Source: a virus (taxonomy: Duplodnaviria > Caudoviricetes). Taken from it: 64,000 nucleotides of DNA. The notes beneath the pieces were generated by a model. It had not been told where the DNA came from, did no database searches, and saw only the letters and a program-made list of their open reading frames with translations. The translations under genes were made by a program, and so were the position numbers. Where the stretch lies: the IMG/VR virus record IMGVR_UViG_2930461776_000001, positions 23,883 to 87,882 of that record; one strand, given 5' to 3'. How positions within the stretch are numbered: the stretch's first letter is position 1; every line of letters begins with the position of its first letter. Of this stretch, positions 63,324 to 64,000 are shown in pieces.

Positions 63324-63539
63324 TCAGTCCTCCCGGTGCGCAGCCAGCACCGACGCTTGCCACGAGTCTGCCGTGTGGCAGCCTGCCAGGGCCTCAGCGA
63401 GGATCAGCAGCATGTCGGCGTACAGGATGTCGTTGCTGTAGGCGATGCGGCGAGCTTCCGCGCGGTCGCCGTGAAGCAGGCAGGTGACCATCGCTGTCGC
63501 GGCGTTGAACGCCTCTTGCTCGCGTGCCGTCTGGTCCAT
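63324..63539 (-). CDS. Small hypothetical protein
   Basis: GAGGAGG RBS. Confidence 0.6.
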   Translation of the reverse strand: MDQTAREQEAFNAATAMVTCLLHGDRAEARRIAYSNDILYADMLLILAEALAGCHTADSWQASVLAAHRED

Positions 63540-63597
63540 AGGTACATCCTCCTCGGCTCACCCAGGACTGACGGCAAACCGACGAGAACGTCCGGAG

Positions 63598-63777
63598 CTA
63601 TGCCGCCGGGGCTACGTCCCCGCGTTGCACCTGACGCAGTTCGGCGCACAGTTCCTCGTACTCCGCCCGCTGCTCGGCCGTGAGCGGCACCTGCGGGTGC
63701 GACCACAGCGCACGGATCCGCGCGTTCAACTCCTCAGCGGAGCGCGCGGCGCCAGGTGACGGGGGCGTGGGGGGCAT
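63598..63777 (-). CDS. Small hypothetical protein (probably leaderless)
   Basis: RSAEELNARIRALW...LT.EQR.EY. Confidence 0.7.
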   Translation of the reverse strand: MPPTPPSPGAARSAEELNARIRALWSHPQVPLTAEQRAEYEELCAELRQVQRGDVAPAA

Positions 63778-63784
63778 GGCGATC

Positions 63785-63806
63785 AGTCTATTGCCGGGCA
63801 CCGACA
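63785..63806 (-). promoter_or_regulatory. RecA-NDp/PafBC-type promoter motif
   Basis: TGTCGG-N10-TAGACT, 7 nt before ATG 63777. Confidence 0.65.
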
Positions 63807-63811
63807 GCGGG

Positions 63812-64000
63812 CTATGAGTTCGGCGGCTCGTCGGAGACGAACGACCCCATGCCCTGCTCCGTGTAGATGAGCCCGTCCGTCCGCAGCTGCCGCAGCACCT
63901 TCTGCGCGGTCACGTTGGCGATCCCGAACTCGCCCATCAACCCAACCGTCGACGGGACCCTCGATCGGGGCGGGTACGCGCCGCTCCGGATCCGCTCCAC
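63812..64000 (-). CDS. GntR-family wHTH regulator (5' truncated by window edge)
   Basis: RIRSGAYPPRSRVPS...EFGIA..TAQK.L..L..DGLI.T..GMGSFV. Confidence 0.88.
   Translation of the reverse strand: MERIRSGAYPPRSRVPSTVGLMGEFGIANVTAQKVLRQLRTDGLIYTEQGMGSFVSDEPPNS

Larger units (their letters stand above)
1..64000. mobile_element. Temperate siphovirus-type prophage (interior segment; boundaries outside window or not recognised)
   Basis: Ordered terminase-portal-scaffold-capsid-neck-tail-TMP-lysis genes at 33.6-55 kb, flanked on both sides by small phage-like genes; no host housekeeping genes seen. Confidence 0.92.

Overview
The whole window looks like the interior of a temperate siphovirus prophage in a very high-GC actinomycete, most likely Streptomyces (inferred from composition and gene families). 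No att sites or prophage ends are visible. Order: early/middle genes (1-3.1 kb); an HTH-NUDIX/NUDIX pair and a divergent regulatory switch (3.1-4.8 kb); a Streptomyces plasmid/AICE-type conjugation module with RapZ-C-like, Spd-like and FtsK/TraB genes and a clt-like repeat locus (4.8-12.7 kb); membrane morons, nucleases and small genes (12.7-18.1 kb); a putative late promoter with structured leaders, two accessory fibre modules and a double beta-helix tailspike (18.1-26.1 kb); a GT2/methyltransferase/epimerase cluster and small-gene array (26.1-31 kb); HNH genes, a candidate cos region, a stand-alone primase, terminase, portal and capsid, a GT4 glycosyltransferase, and tail genes with a -1 frameshift (31-52.7 kb); lysis genes (52.7-55 kb); and an accessory right arm with a Cre-like recombinase, Ku, a DCL-domain protein and DNA-damage-type promoters (55-64 kb). 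Top leads: (1) a 34-bp loxP-like 13-8-13 site just upstream of the Cre-like recombinase; (2) a TraB conjugation module inside an apparently intact phage; (3) a probable virion glycosylation system, with capsid and tail-tube proteins both ending in Gly-Ser. All family assignments come from motif recognition by eye; no searches were run.
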